Shown here piece after piece: positions 1-7,952 of a stretch of DNA of 16,068 nt. The translations under genes were made by a program, and so were the position numbers. The notes under the pieces are model-generated. The model was not told the DNA's origin. It saw nothing but the letters and a program-made list of their open reading frames with translations, and did not search any database. Origin of the DNA: Candidatus Margulisiibacteriota bacterium (GTDB lineage: Bacteria; Margulisbacteria; WOR-1; O2-12-FULL-45-9); assembly GCA_043816785.1 (NCBI GenBank), contig JBDRHP010000086.1:1-16068 (forward strand), written 5' to 3'. Within the stretch, counting starts at the first letter, position 1, and every line of letters starts with the position of its first letter.

Positions 1-477
1 GGTCATAATGGCCAGGATACCATTTTTATTCAGATGGGTCTTGAGTAGTTTTAAAGTAGAGAGGGGATGTTTTAAATGCTCAAAAACCTCAGTGGCGGTT
101 ATAAGATCATATTTCTTGTTTAAATAAACCTGCTCAGGCGCGAAATGCTTATCATAGATGTCAGTTTTAAAGCCTTGCTCTCGCAGAAGCTCAGCCAGAA
201 CCGGGCCCGGGCCTGAGCCAAAATCTAAAGCAGTTGATATTTGTGGTCCGTGGGGTTTGATAGCCTTGTTAATAAATTCGCGGAACATATTTACGTAGCC
301 TTCATTGGCAAAGCTGTTCTGGTGCAAGGCATACTTCTTTTTCTCTTGGTCAGTCGGGATAATTTTGCTTTCGTCTAAAAAAATAAAATCACAATTATCA
401 CAGTAATAATAATTATGATCATATTGGCTGTCATGAATAGCGCGAGCGTTTTTTGAACATATTTTGCAGGAGATCAT
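1..477 (-). CDS. Class I SAM-dependent methyltransferase with N-terminal Zn-ribbon; partial, runs off the window start
   Basis: Not in the ORF track; translated by hand from ATG at 477: MISCKICSKNAR...YYCDNCDFIFLD...ALDFGSGPGPVLAELL...YDLITATEVFEHL...NGILAIMT. Two CxxC pairs, SAM motif I (LDFGSGPG) and the DLITATEVFEH motif; open to position 1. Confidence 0.9.
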   Translation of the reverse strand, partial: MISCKICSKNARAIHDSQYDHNYYYCDNCDFIFLDESKIIPTDQEKKKYALHQNSFANEGYVNMFREFINKAIKPHGPQISTALDFGSGPGPVLAELLREQGFKTDIYDKHFAPEQVYLNKKYDLITATEVFEHLKHPLSTLKLLKTHLNKNGILAIMT

Positions 478-557
478 GGCAATCCAGCTAATTATAGCGC
501 AAATTTGCGGATAATCCTCTAGCGCGCATTTATCTTCCATGTTAGACTTTGTCCATT

Positions 558-1505
558 ATGAGGTTTTTATTGGCAATTATTCTTTTCTCTATGGTGTCAT
601 CCACGGCTTTTTCTGCAGAAGTTTACATCATAAAAACCACAAATCGTGTTGAAGGTATAAAAGCGCTTGTTGAAAAAGCCGGTTTACCTGATCTTTTTGG
701 CAAGAAAATCATTATCAAACCCAACTTTAATAGCGATGACCCGTTTCCGGCGACCACGCACTTAGACACAATTAAGACTGTTGTGCGGATCATAAAGGCG
801 TCAACCCCGGAATCCATTACTATTGTTGAGAGAAGCGGCATGGGAAATACTGGTGATGTCCTGGAAAGCCGTGGGCTTTACGCTTTAGCCTCAGCAGAAG
901 GGATTGAAGTTGTTAATCTTGATCGATTAGAAAAAGATGATTGGGTTAATAAGGGCTGGAAAGGGGACCACTGGTTAAGAGGCTTCATGGTACCCAGAAT
1001 CGTTTTAGAAGCAGACTATGTGATCAATCTTCCATGTTTGAAAACCCATCGCTTTGGCGGCGACTTTACCATGGCGCTTAAAAATCATGTTGGAACAGTG
1101 GCTAAATGGCAGGGGCCTTACAACTATATGTGGGAGCTGCATAGTTCAGGCCACCAACGCAAAATGATCGCTGAGATCAATAAAGCCGTGCCTTCTGACC
1201 TGATAATTATGGATGGGATCAAGGGGTTTTCCACTGAAGGCCCTGATAAGGGTAAACTTATTGAGCCGGGGATTATAGTGCTGGCAACTGATCCAGTGGC
1301 CAATGACGCGGTTGGTGTGGCTGTTTTGAGATTATACGGGACAACGGATAAGGTTGCCAAAGGCATGATCTTTGACCAGGAGCAATTAAAAAGAGCGGGA
1401 GAACTTGGCCTTGGCGTAAAATCCCCTGAAGAAATTCAACTAATGGCTGTTAATGAACAAGCAGCATCAATGGTTGGAAGGATAAAGTTAGAGCTTAGGG
1501 AGTAG
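558..1505 (+). CDS. DUF362 family protein with predicted Sec signal peptide
   Basis: IKPNFNS, INLPCLKTH, FTMALKNHVG, DLIIMDG..GP and DPVAND motifs are typical of DUF362. ATG 558 is preferred over TTG 549; the N-terminus MRFLLAIILFSMVSSTAFSA looks like a signal peptide. Confidence 0.85.
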   Translation: MRFLLAIILFSMVSSTAFSAEVYIIKTTNRVEGIKALVEKAGLPDLFGKKIIIKPNFNSDDPFPATTHLDTIKTVVRIIKASTPESITIVERSGMGNTGDVLESRGLYALASAEGIEVVNLDRLEKDDWVNKGWKGDHWLRGFMVPRIVLEADYVINLPCLKTHRFGGDFTMALKNHVGTVAKWQGPYNYMWELHSSGHQRKMIAEINKAVPSDLIIMDGIKGFSTEGPDKGKLIEPGIIVLATDPVANDAVGVAVLRLYGTTDKVAKGMIFDQEQLKRAGELGLGVKSPEEIQLMAVNEQAASMVGRIKLELRE

Positions 1506-1515
1506 GGGTTAGGGG

Positions 1516-2148
1516 TTAGTGCCGGGGGAGCTTGTCTGTGATGTCTGTTACTTCGATTTCCGCTTCTTCTGGTTTTGTCAAGATTTCTTTAAGTTTGGCC
1601 GTGGCTTCCTTGCAGATGCGGCTGACTTGTGACTCGGAAAGGCCGATGTCTTTGCCAATTTCTTTGAAGGTCTTATCCTTCTTATAATAACCATCGATAA
1701 CCGATTTTTCCTTGTCAGAAAAATCCTTCATAGCTGATTCAAGATGCAATGTCTTGTCGATCTCTTCATGGGCAATGGATTTCTGGTTAAAAGCCATGTA
1801 AACGTTGGCTGCTGAAGTGACATATTCATAAAGCCCGGCGACCGGGTCGCCGCCGCGCTTGCGCAAATAATCCTGCATCGCGCCTTTTAAGCGAAAGGAC
1901 ACATAGGGCCAAACCTCGCCTTTGCGCGGATCCCAGGTCTTGAGGCAATCCATAAAAGCGATCTTGGCTTCGGATTCCAGGTCATGGGCTTCGGAAGTGG
2001 CAATGTGACGGGGCAGGGAAGAAACATACCAGCGGACCGTTGCTTTGATCTGAGCCTCGTATTTTTTCAAAGCTTCTTCAGAATACTTCATGAACTCTTC
2101 ACGAAGTATGGCAATGATCCTGTTTTCAACTTCTTTTCTTGTAACCAT
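1516..2148 (-). CDS. Sigma-70 family RNA polymerase sigma factor, FliA/WhiG-like, compact (region 3 largely missing)
   Basis: Region 2-like DLESEAKIAFMDCLKTWDPRKGEVWPYVSFRLKGAMQDYLRK and region 4 HTH FSDKEKSVIDGYYKKDKTFKEIGKDIGLSESQVSRI, separated by only about 45 aa. Confidence 0.85.
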   Translation of the reverse strand: MVTRKEVENRIIAILREEFMKYSEEALKKYEAQIKATVRWYVSSLPRHIATSEAHDLESEAKIAFMDCLKTWDPRKGEVWPYVSFRLKGAMQDYLRKRGGDPVAGLYEYVTSAANVYMAFNQKSIAHEEIDKTLHLESAMKDFSDKEKSVIDGYYKKDKTFKEIGKDIGLSESQVSRICKEATAKLKEILTKPEEAEIEVTDITDKLPRH

Positions 2149-2149
2149 A

Positions 2150-2353
2150 TTAAATGAATTTCTTGGCCAGTTTCTTTAACAGCTGGTCAGCTCTGTCCTT
2201 CATCATTTCTTTGCTGAATTTCTGGGCCATCTTATGGGCGAATTTCCAGGAGGCTCTTAAGACCGGGGAAATGCCAGCGGGAGGCGCCTCGGCAACTTTA
2301 CCGGGACTAACGGCTTTTCTAAGCTGTTTGGGTGATACTCTTCTGACTGTCAC
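2150..2353 (-). CDS. Small basic hypothetical protein (67 aa)
   Basis: Fills the gap between the upstream ORF and the sigma gene. Its stop is 1 nt before the sigma ATG; the GTG start overlaps the upstream ORF by 35 nt, so the start is uncertain. Helical Lys-rich C-terminus. Confidence 0.6.
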   Translation of the reverse strand: MTVRRVSPKQLRKAVSPGKVAEAPPAGISPVLRASWKFAHKMAQKFSKEMMKDRADQLLKKLAKKFI

Positions 2354-2591
2354 TGTTATTCTTTATATATAAGCTGGCAATTGCCAGTGCTTGGCGTCGT
2401 AATTCTGGATTGGTAACGATCGAATCCGCCAGCGTATTGACCATTTTAGCAAAACCAGCGCTTAAAGTAAAGTTGCGGCCATATTCGCTTTCCAGCGCGG
2501 CAAAAACAATACATTCCGCCAGCTCCTTAGCCGTGAGGTTTGCGGTAAGGTTTTTCTCTAATTTGCTTTTAAAAGCTTCCAAATTTGGCAT
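2319..2591 (-). CDS. Hypothetical helical protein (90 aa), first gene of the sigma factor operon
   Basis: ATG preceded by a GAGG Shine-Dalgarno (2597-2600) and a sigma28-like promoter; protein-like amphipathic helices. Confidence 0.75.
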   Translation of the reverse strand: MPNLEAFKSKLEKNLTANLTAKELAECIVFAALESEYGRNFTLSAGFAKMVNTLADSIVTNPELRRQALAIASLYIKNNSDSQKSITQTA

Positions 2592-2607
2592 GATGTCCTC
2601 TGCTGAG

Positions 2608-2636
2608 TTATCGTGAGTATACTCTAGAAATTTCAG
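2608..2636 (-). promoter_or_regulatory. Putative sigma28-like promoter of the sigma factor operon
   Basis: Minus strand reads CTGAAATT-N14-ACGATAA, equivalent to GAAA-N15-CACGATAA against the sigma28 consensus TAAA-N15-GCCGATAA. Confidence 0.6.
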
Positions 2637-2669
2637 GCTGGCAAGATTGAATTAGCATTATGAAGTAAG

Positions 2670-2698
2670 CTGAAATTATTAAATGGTCTAGACGAAAG
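2670..2698 (+). promoter_or_regulatory. Putative sigma28-like promoter of the 295-aa orphan
   Basis: CTGAAATT-N14-ACGAAAG: same 8-mer and same spacing as the divergent copy; followed by AAGGAG and ATG 2718. Confidence 0.55.
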
Positions 2699-2717
2699 AA
2701 AAACAAGGAGAATTATC

Positions 2718-3605
2718 ATGCCAATTACTTTGCCAGCCTGCAGAATCGGCCAAACGAGCGGGTGCAGATTATTGAGAGTTCAAGCCCAGGTGGCCCAAAA
2801 GCAAGATTGTCTCACCACTAGAGTGAGCAAACTGAATATCGATCTGCTTATGAATCCTGCGACCTCGCTGATTAAAGGCCTTTGGTTTCAAAAGAAGGAT
2901 TGTCCCGAAGGCCAGGGATTAACGGTTTTTCGCCAGGTAATGTTTAGTTTGGGTAAGGCAGATCTTCAGCATAAAGACATTGCAGAAGATGTTGGCCTTA
3001 CTGTGGGGTATGACTCTGATTCTTTTTCTGATTCTGGCTATCAAGCAGGGATTTGCACCCTGGCCGAAAAAAATGTTTGGGGCTTTGTGATGCTGCCAAT
3101 CATTTTTGAAAATAACGTGCTGTCAAGCAGCACTAATCTGCAAAGTGATCATGACCGGGGAGGCTATGTGCTGGACGTATCTGACAAGCATGTTGGATTG
3201 ATTGCCGAGGGAGGGCTGGTGGGGCTTGATCAGAACGGCGTTGAAAATATTGGCGAACAAACTGCTCGAAGGTTCTGGAGAGAAAAAATCTACGCTTTTA
3301 TGTACAGCCGGGAGGATGCGTTTGGCATGGTTTGGGGAATTAAAACAGTGGCTGGGTTAACAGGGCCTGTTCCTTATGTCCTGGTTAATGAGTTTTTAAG
3401 CGACTTGGCCCGTTTTGTTGCCCCGCACTTTACAATTTTAAAATTTATGCCAGTGCCCAATTCCAGTTCCGGCATGCTTAAGGAGAGAATTAATATCAAA
3501 GATGAAGAGGCCAGGGAGCCTTCTTGTCTGCGCTGGCCGGAAGACCTGATGCTGTTAAATCAGCTGACTGGACAGGCAAGTCAACTTGACAAGCCGAGTG
3601 TTTAA
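2718..3605 (+). CDS. Hypothetical protein (295 aa), no recognised family
   Basis: Long ORF with a strong SD (AAGGAG, 2705-2710); no motif I recognise. Confidence 0.75.
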   Translation: MPITLPACRIGQTSGCRLLRVQAQVAQKQDCLTTRVSKLNIDLLMNPATSLIKGLWFQKKDCPEGQGLTVFRQVMFSLGKADLQHKDIAEDVGLTVGYDSDSFSDSGYQAGICTLAEKNVWGFVMLPIIFENNVLSSSTNLQSDHDRGGYVLDVSDKHVGLIAEGGLVGLDQNGVENIGEQTARRFWREKIYAFMYSREDAFGMVWGIKTVAGLTGPVPYVLVNEFLSDLARFVAPHFTILKFMPVPNSSSGMLKERINIKDEEAREPSCLRWPEDLMLLNQLTGQASQLDKPSV

Positions 3606-3615
3606 TTGCTAGTAT
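3586..3615 (+). promoter_or_regulatory. Sigma70 promoter of the thi operon
   Basis: TTGACA (3586-3591), 18-nt spacer, TAGTAT (3610-3615) with an extended TG; directly upstream of the riboswitch. Confidence 0.65.
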
Positions 3616-3622
3616 TTTTTAT

Positions 3623-3745
3623 CGTTTATGAGGGGGAGCCCTTCGACACCTCCGCTACGGCGGATTCGCTCAGGGCTGAGAGCCTCAGGAGAAACTGAGG
3701 GTACCCGTTAAACCTGATCAGGATAATGCCTGCGGAGGGAAAATG
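3623..3745 (+). ncRNA. TPP riboswitch (THI box)
   Basis: GGGGGAGCCC...GGGCTGAGAG...ACCCG..AACCTGATCAGGATAATGCCTGCGGAGGGAA matches the conserved aptamer; extra hairpin CCTCAG-gagaaa-CTGAGG; lies directly before thiG. Confidence 0.95.
3639..3675. repeat. REP-like CCCTTCGAC...GCTCAGGG palindrome forming the riboswitch P3 arm
   Basis: CCCTTCGAC-acc-TCCGC-tacg-GCGGA-ttc-GCTCAGGG; resembles a short dispersed CTTCGAC-n-GCTCAG hairpin repeat I recognise from other bacterial genomes. Confidence 0.45.
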
Positions 3746-4504
3746 TTAAAAATTGCCGATAAAACTTTCAAATCCCGACTTCTTCTAGGTACTGGGAAAT
3801 TTCCCTCAAATCAAGCTTTGCGAGAAAGCTTAGCCGCTGCTGAATGTGAAATTGTCACGGTAGCTTTGCGTCGAATTGATCTGGATTCCCCGCAGGGGAG
3901 TATCTTAGAGGCCATTGATCGGGAAAAATATTTGCTCCTGCCCAATACTTCAGGCGCCAGGACCGCGGAGGAAGCAGTTAGGCTGGCGAGACTGGCAAAA
4001 GCTGGAGGGGCAGGGAACTGGCTCAAGCTGGAAGTCACACCGGAGCCAAATTATCTTTTGCCTGATCCCATTGAAACTCTTAAGGCAGCGGAAATCTTGG
4101 TTAAAGAGGGCTTTGTTGTCCTGCCATACATTAATGCTGATCCTGTTCTAGCCAAAAGGCTGGAGGAAGTTGGAACCGCCACGGTTATGCCGTTAGGTTC
4201 GCCGATTGGCTCTCATCAAGGAATAAGAACCAAAGAAGCGATTGGCATTATTATTGAGCAAGCCAATATTCCCGTGGTGGTGGATGCCGGCCTTGGCGCG
4301 CCTTCGCATGCGGCTCAAGCCATGGAAATGGGAGCGGACGCGGTTTTGGTCAACACAGCGATAGCCATTGCGGCTAACCCGGCTGAGATGGCCAGGGCTT
4401 TTAGATTGGCAGTGCAGGCCGGGCGTATCGCCTTTGAGGTTGGGACAAGATCACCGCAAAAACAAGCAGCTGCCTCAAGCCCTTTAACCGGATTCCTGCG
4501 ATGA
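3743..4504 (+). CDS. thiG: Thiazole synthase
   Basis: [54 protein letters not shown] and VLVNTAIA motifs; downstream of a TPP riboswitch. Confidence 0.97.
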   Translation: MLKIADKTFKSRLLLGTGKFPSNQALRESLAAAECEIVTVALRRIDLDSPQGSILEAIDREKYLLLPNTSGARTAEEAVRLARLAKAGGAGNWLKLEVTPEPNYLLPDPIETLKAAEILVKEGFVVLPYINADPVLAKRLEEVGTATVMPLGSPIGSHQGIRTKEAIGIIIEQANIPVVVDAGLGAPSHAAQAMEMGADAVLVNTAIAIAANPAEMARAFRLAVQAGRIAFEVGTRSPQKQAAASSPLTGFLR

Positions 4505-5604
4505 GTTTTTCGGATCTCCTGGGAAAAATTGATCTATCAAGGCCAGACAATATAACTCAAGAAGAAGTCCAGGCTGTGCTTAATAAGCAGCGCTTGGATT
4601 TTAATGATTATCTAGTCCTGCTCTCTAAAACTGCTTCGAATATGCTGGAAGATCTGGCGCTCAAATCCCGGGAGCTGACCTTAAAACACTTTGGCAAAAC
4701 CATTCTGCTCTATATCCCTCTTTATCTGAACAATGAATGTGATAACAACTGCGTTTACTGTGGTTTCAGCCAGAAATTATCTGAGAAAAGAAAGTCTCTG
4801 ACGGTTGATGAGGTGTTGGCTGAGGCGGAAATAATTTATCAGAAGGGCTTTCGGCATCTGCTGCTGGTTGCTGGAGAAAAGCGGGACAAAATTACTCTGG
4901 TTTATCTAAAAGAGATTATCTCAATGCTGCATGAAAAATTTGAATCGATCTCTCTAGAGATTTTTCCTCTGGAGCAAGGGGAGTACCAGGAACTTTGCCA
5001 AGCCGGGGCAGATGGGGTGACAATTTACCAGGAGGCTTATAATAGGGAAGTCTATAAGCAGGTCCATCCCTGCGGTCCCAAGTCAGATTATGAATCCCGG
5101 TTGTTGACGCCGGAGCGCGCAGCCCGGGCTGGTTTATATCGGATCAATATCGGGGCCTTGCTGGGATTAGGGCAATGGTTTGAACAAGCTGCCTTGCTTG
5201 GTCTGCACGCGGCTTATCTTAAGAAAACATTCTGGCAAGCACAGATCGCGGTTTCGTTTCCCAGGCTGCAAGGTTCAGCAGCTGGTTTTAAGCCGATCCA
5301 TCCGGTTACTGACCAACAGCTGGTGCGGATGATCTGCGCTTTAAGGATCTTCCAACCAACCTTGGGGCTGGTGCTCTCAACCAGGGAAAGCGGAGCGTTA
5401 AGGGATAATCTGATTCCACTGGGAATAACCCAAATGAGCGCTGAATCAAAGACCAGTCCAGGTGGTTATCTTGACGAAACTAAAGCACAAAAACAATTTG
5501 AGATCGCTGATCAAAGAAGTTTAGCTGAAATTAGCGCTGCGATCAGGCAACGAGGTTATGATCCAGTGATGAAAGACTGGGATAAGGAATACATTAGGGG
5601 ATGA
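4501..5604 (+). CDS. thiH: 2-iminoacetate synthase (radical SAM)
   Basis: [19 protein letters not shown] (CxxxCxxC), [33 protein letters not shown] and [13 protein letters not shown] overlap with thiG. Confidence 0.95.
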   Translation: MSFSDLLGKIDLSRPDNITQEEVQAVLNKQRLDFNDYLVLLSKTASNMLEDLALKSRELTLKHFGKTILLYIPLYLNNECDNNCVYCGFSQKLSEKRKSLTVDEVLAEAEIIYQKGFRHLLLVAGEKRDKITLVYLKEIISMLHEKFESISLEIFPLEQGEYQELCQAGADGVTIYQEAYNREVYKQVHPCGPKSDYESRLLTPERAARAGLYRINIGALLGLGQWFEQAALLGLHAAYLKKTFWQAQIAVSFPRLQGSAAGFKPIHPVTDQQLVRMICALRIFQPTLGLVLSTRESGALRDNLIPLGITQMSAESKTSPGGYLDETKAQKQFEIADQRSLAEISAAIRQRGYDPVMKDWDKEYIRG

Positions 5605-6248
5605 ACCGAAAAGAGCGTTTAGCCAAATTCAAACAAATTGATCTTTATCCGGTAACAAATGAATCACTGTCAAATGGCCGGAGTAATTTAGATATCCTGC
5701 AAGCAGTTATTGCTGGTGGCGCGAAAATTATTCAGCTGAGAGATAAAAACATTAGCCAGGACGATTTTTTGGAGCTGGCAAAGAAGTTTAGGGAAATTAC
5801 AGCCCAAAGCAAGGTTCTTTTGATCATTAATGACCATTTAGATGTTGCTCTAGAGGTTAAAGCAGATGGAGTGCATTTGGGCCAGAATGATCTGTTGGCT
5901 GCAGCAGCTCGCAAATCCGCGCCGGAGCTCCTGATCGGGGTTTCAACCCACAATGTTGCTGAGGCGGTTAAAGCTGAGCAGGACGGGGCTGATTATGTAA
6001 ATATTGGCCCGATCTTTAAAACCCAAACTAAAGATGTTGAGCCGATCGGACCAGAAAGCATTAAACCAATTGCCGCAAAGATCAAAATCCCCTTTACTGT
6101 TATGGGTGGGATAAATTTTAATAATATTGATATGGTGCTGGCGCAAGGCGCTCGACATGTCGCGGTTATTTCCGCTGTAACGCAGGCTCCAGACATTCAA
6201 CAGGCCGCCAGTCAGTTGATCAAAAAGATAAATAATTTGCGCCTGTAG
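5601..6248 (+). CDS. thiE: Thiamine-phosphate synthase
   Basis: IQLRDK, LIIND, ADGVHLGQND, IGVSTH, DYVNIGPIFKTQTK and MGGIN; ATGA overlap with thiH. Confidence 0.96.
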   Translation: MNRKERLAKFKQIDLYPVTNESLSNGRSNLDILQAVIAGGAKIIQLRDKNISQDDFLELAKKFREITAQSKVLLIINDHLDVALEVKADGVHLGQNDLLAAAARKSAPELLIGVSTHNVAEAVKAEQDGADYVNIGPIFKTQTKDVEPIGPESIKPIAAKIKIPFTVMGGINFNNIDMVLAQGARHVAVISAVTQAPDIQQAASQLIKKINNLRL

Positions 6249-6265
6249 GTTTTTAGCTGTAAAAT
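6237..6265 (+). promoter_or_regulatory. Putative internal sigma70 promoter for the iscS-like operon
   Basis: TTGCGC-N17-TAAAAT, followed by an AGGGAGG SD and ATG 6294. Confidence 0.5.
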
Positions 6266-6293
6266 GAGCCTGATTTTGTCAGGGAGGATAATA

Positions 6294-7472
6294 ATGGCTG
6301 ACGAAGTAAAACGCCAGGTCTATCTAGACCACATGGCTAACACACCGGTTGATCCTCGGGTAATTGAGGCGATCCTGCCTCATTTAAAAAATACTTATGG
6401 CAATCCTTTAAATCTCCATGACTTTGGCCAAAAGACGGCGAAGGCAATAGAAGAGGGGCGACAAAAGGTGGCAGAGCTTATCGGAGCAACTGCCAAAGAA
6501 ATCATTTTTACTTCCTGCGGCTCTGAATCTAATAATTTTGCCATTAAAGGGATTGCCAATGCTAATGAAAAGAAAGGCAAACATATTATTACTTCAGCGA
6601 TTGAGCATTTTTCTGTGCTCCATCCAGTGAAGGAGCTGGAAAAGCAAGGCTTTAAAGTTACTTATTTGCCAGTTGATAAAAATGGTCTGATCGATCCGGA
6701 AGCCGTTGCCAAAGCGATCACGAACGAAACTATCCTGGTTACTTTAACCCAGGCCAGCAATGAGATTGGCGCGATCGAGCCGATCAAGGAAATAGGGGCC
6801 AAGGTCAAAGAAAAAGGCGTTGTCTTTCATGTGGACGCAGTGCAGTCTGCAGGAACGATACCAGTTGATGTTGCCGACCTAAATGTTGATGCGCTGACCT
6901 TATCAGCTAATCAATTCTACGGGCCAACAGGCGTAGCTGCTCTTTATTTAAAAAAGGGGACACGGATTATTCCTTTTATTCTTGGCGGGACTCAGGAAGA
7001 AGGTAAACGGGCAGGAACCCATAACATTGCCGGGATCGTTGGGCTGGGGAAAGCCGCTGAGTTGGCCAAGACGGAGATGAAGGTTCGCGCTGATAAGCTG
7101 GTCCCTTTGCGGGATAAATTGTTAAAGGAATTGCCAAAGAAGATCTCTGATTTTTTTGTGACAGGGCATCCAACCCAGCGGCTGCCAAACCATGCCAGCG
7201 GCTGTGTAAAGTTCATTGAAGGTGAATCAATGTCCATGCTGCTCAATATGGAAGGTATTGCTGTTTCCACCGGCTCAGCCTGCGTTTCCAAGGCTTTAAA
7301 AGCCTCCCATGTGCTTTTGGCGATCGGTGTTAGTCCTGAGAACGTACATGGTTCATTGGTGTTTTCCTTGGGTAAAGATAATTCAGCGGCGGATGTGGAT
7401 TATCTGCTGGAAAAGCTGCCGCCGATCGTCAACCGCCTGCGCGAAATGTCGCCTTTAGGGAAAAGCAAATAG
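6294..7472 (+). CDS. IscS/NifS-family (group I) cysteine desulfurase homologue with a degenerate PLP site
   Basis: YLD, IIFTSCGSESNN, IEH, FHVDAVQ, RAGTHN and STGSAC are present. The S-x-H-K-x-x-G-P-K-G motif reads SANQFYGPTG and RFSLG reads VFSLG. Start ATG 6294 chosen from the GGAGG SD. Confidence 0.9.
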   Translation: MADEVKRQVYLDHMANTPVDPRVIEAILPHLKNTYGNPLNLHDFGQKTAKAIEEGRQKVAELIGATAKEIIFTSCGSESNNFAIKGIANANEKKGKHIITSAIEHFSVLHPVKELEKQGFKVTYLPVDKNGLIDPEAVAKAITNETILVTLTQASNEIGAIEPIKEIGAKVKEKGVVFHVDAVQSAGTIPVDVADLNVDALTLSANQFYGPTGVAALYLKKGTRIIPFILGGTQEEGKRAGTHNIAGIVGLGKAAELAKTEMKVRADKLVPLRDKLLKELPKKISDFFVTGHPTQRLPNHASGCVKFIEGESMSMLLNMEGIAVSTGSACVSKALKASHVLLAIGVSPENVHGSLVFSLGKDNSAADVDYLLEKLPPIVNRLREMSPLGKSK

Positions 7473-7481
7473 GAGTTTGTC

Positions 7482-7952
7482 ATGGAAAAATTTAATATAG
7501 TTGTCTTTTCTGGCGACATGGATAAAGTGCTGGCGGCGTTTATTTTAGCCACAACCGCGGCTTCCATGAACATGGAAGTTAACATGTTCTTTACTTTCTG
7601 GGGGTTAAATGTTTTGCGCAAGAAGAAATTTACCAGCGGCAAGAATATCCTGCAAAAATTGATGAATTGGCTGAACAAAAGCGGGGCCAGCCGGTTACCG
7701 CTATCCAAATTTAACATGTTGGGTGCTGGTCCGGCCATGATGAAGATCATGATGAAACAGGCTAAAGTTCCGAGTATTGAAGAATTTCTTCAGCTCGCAA
7801 AGGGCCTAGGCATAAAAATGGTTGCCTGCACCACCACTTTCAGTTTTATGGGCTTTACGGAAAAAGATTTTATTGATGGCCTCGATTCCTTTGCCGGCGC
7901 GGCGACATTTTTGCAGCTGGTCCGCGAAGGCAAGATCAGTTATTTTATTTGA
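7482..7952 (+). CDS. DsrE2 / DsrE-DsrF-DrsH-like sulfur-transfer protein
   Basis: IVVFSGDMDKVLAAFILATTAA, MFFTFWGL, LPLSKFNMLGAG, conserved Cys in MVACTTT, GAATFL and a terminal FI. Confidence 0.9.
   Translation: MEKFNIVVFSGDMDKVLAAFILATTAASMNMEVNMFFTFWGLNVLRKKKFTSGKNILQKLMNWLNKSGASRLPLSKFNMLGAGPAMMKIMMKQAKVPSIEEFLQLAKGLGIKMVACTTTFSFMGFTEKDFIDGLDSFAGAATFLQLVREGKISYFI

Noticed and set aside
498..509. Perfect 12-bp palindrome CGCAAATTTGCG between the methyltransferase and DUF362 genes
   Set aside because: Single short occurrence with no cognate regulator nearby; could be chance.
6294..7472. iscS pseudogene or sequencing error at the catalytic Lys
   Set aside because: The frame is full length with most motifs intact, and the changes fall on several functionally linked residues (H to N, K to Q, K to T, R to V), which looks like specialisation. 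Not formally excluded without reads.
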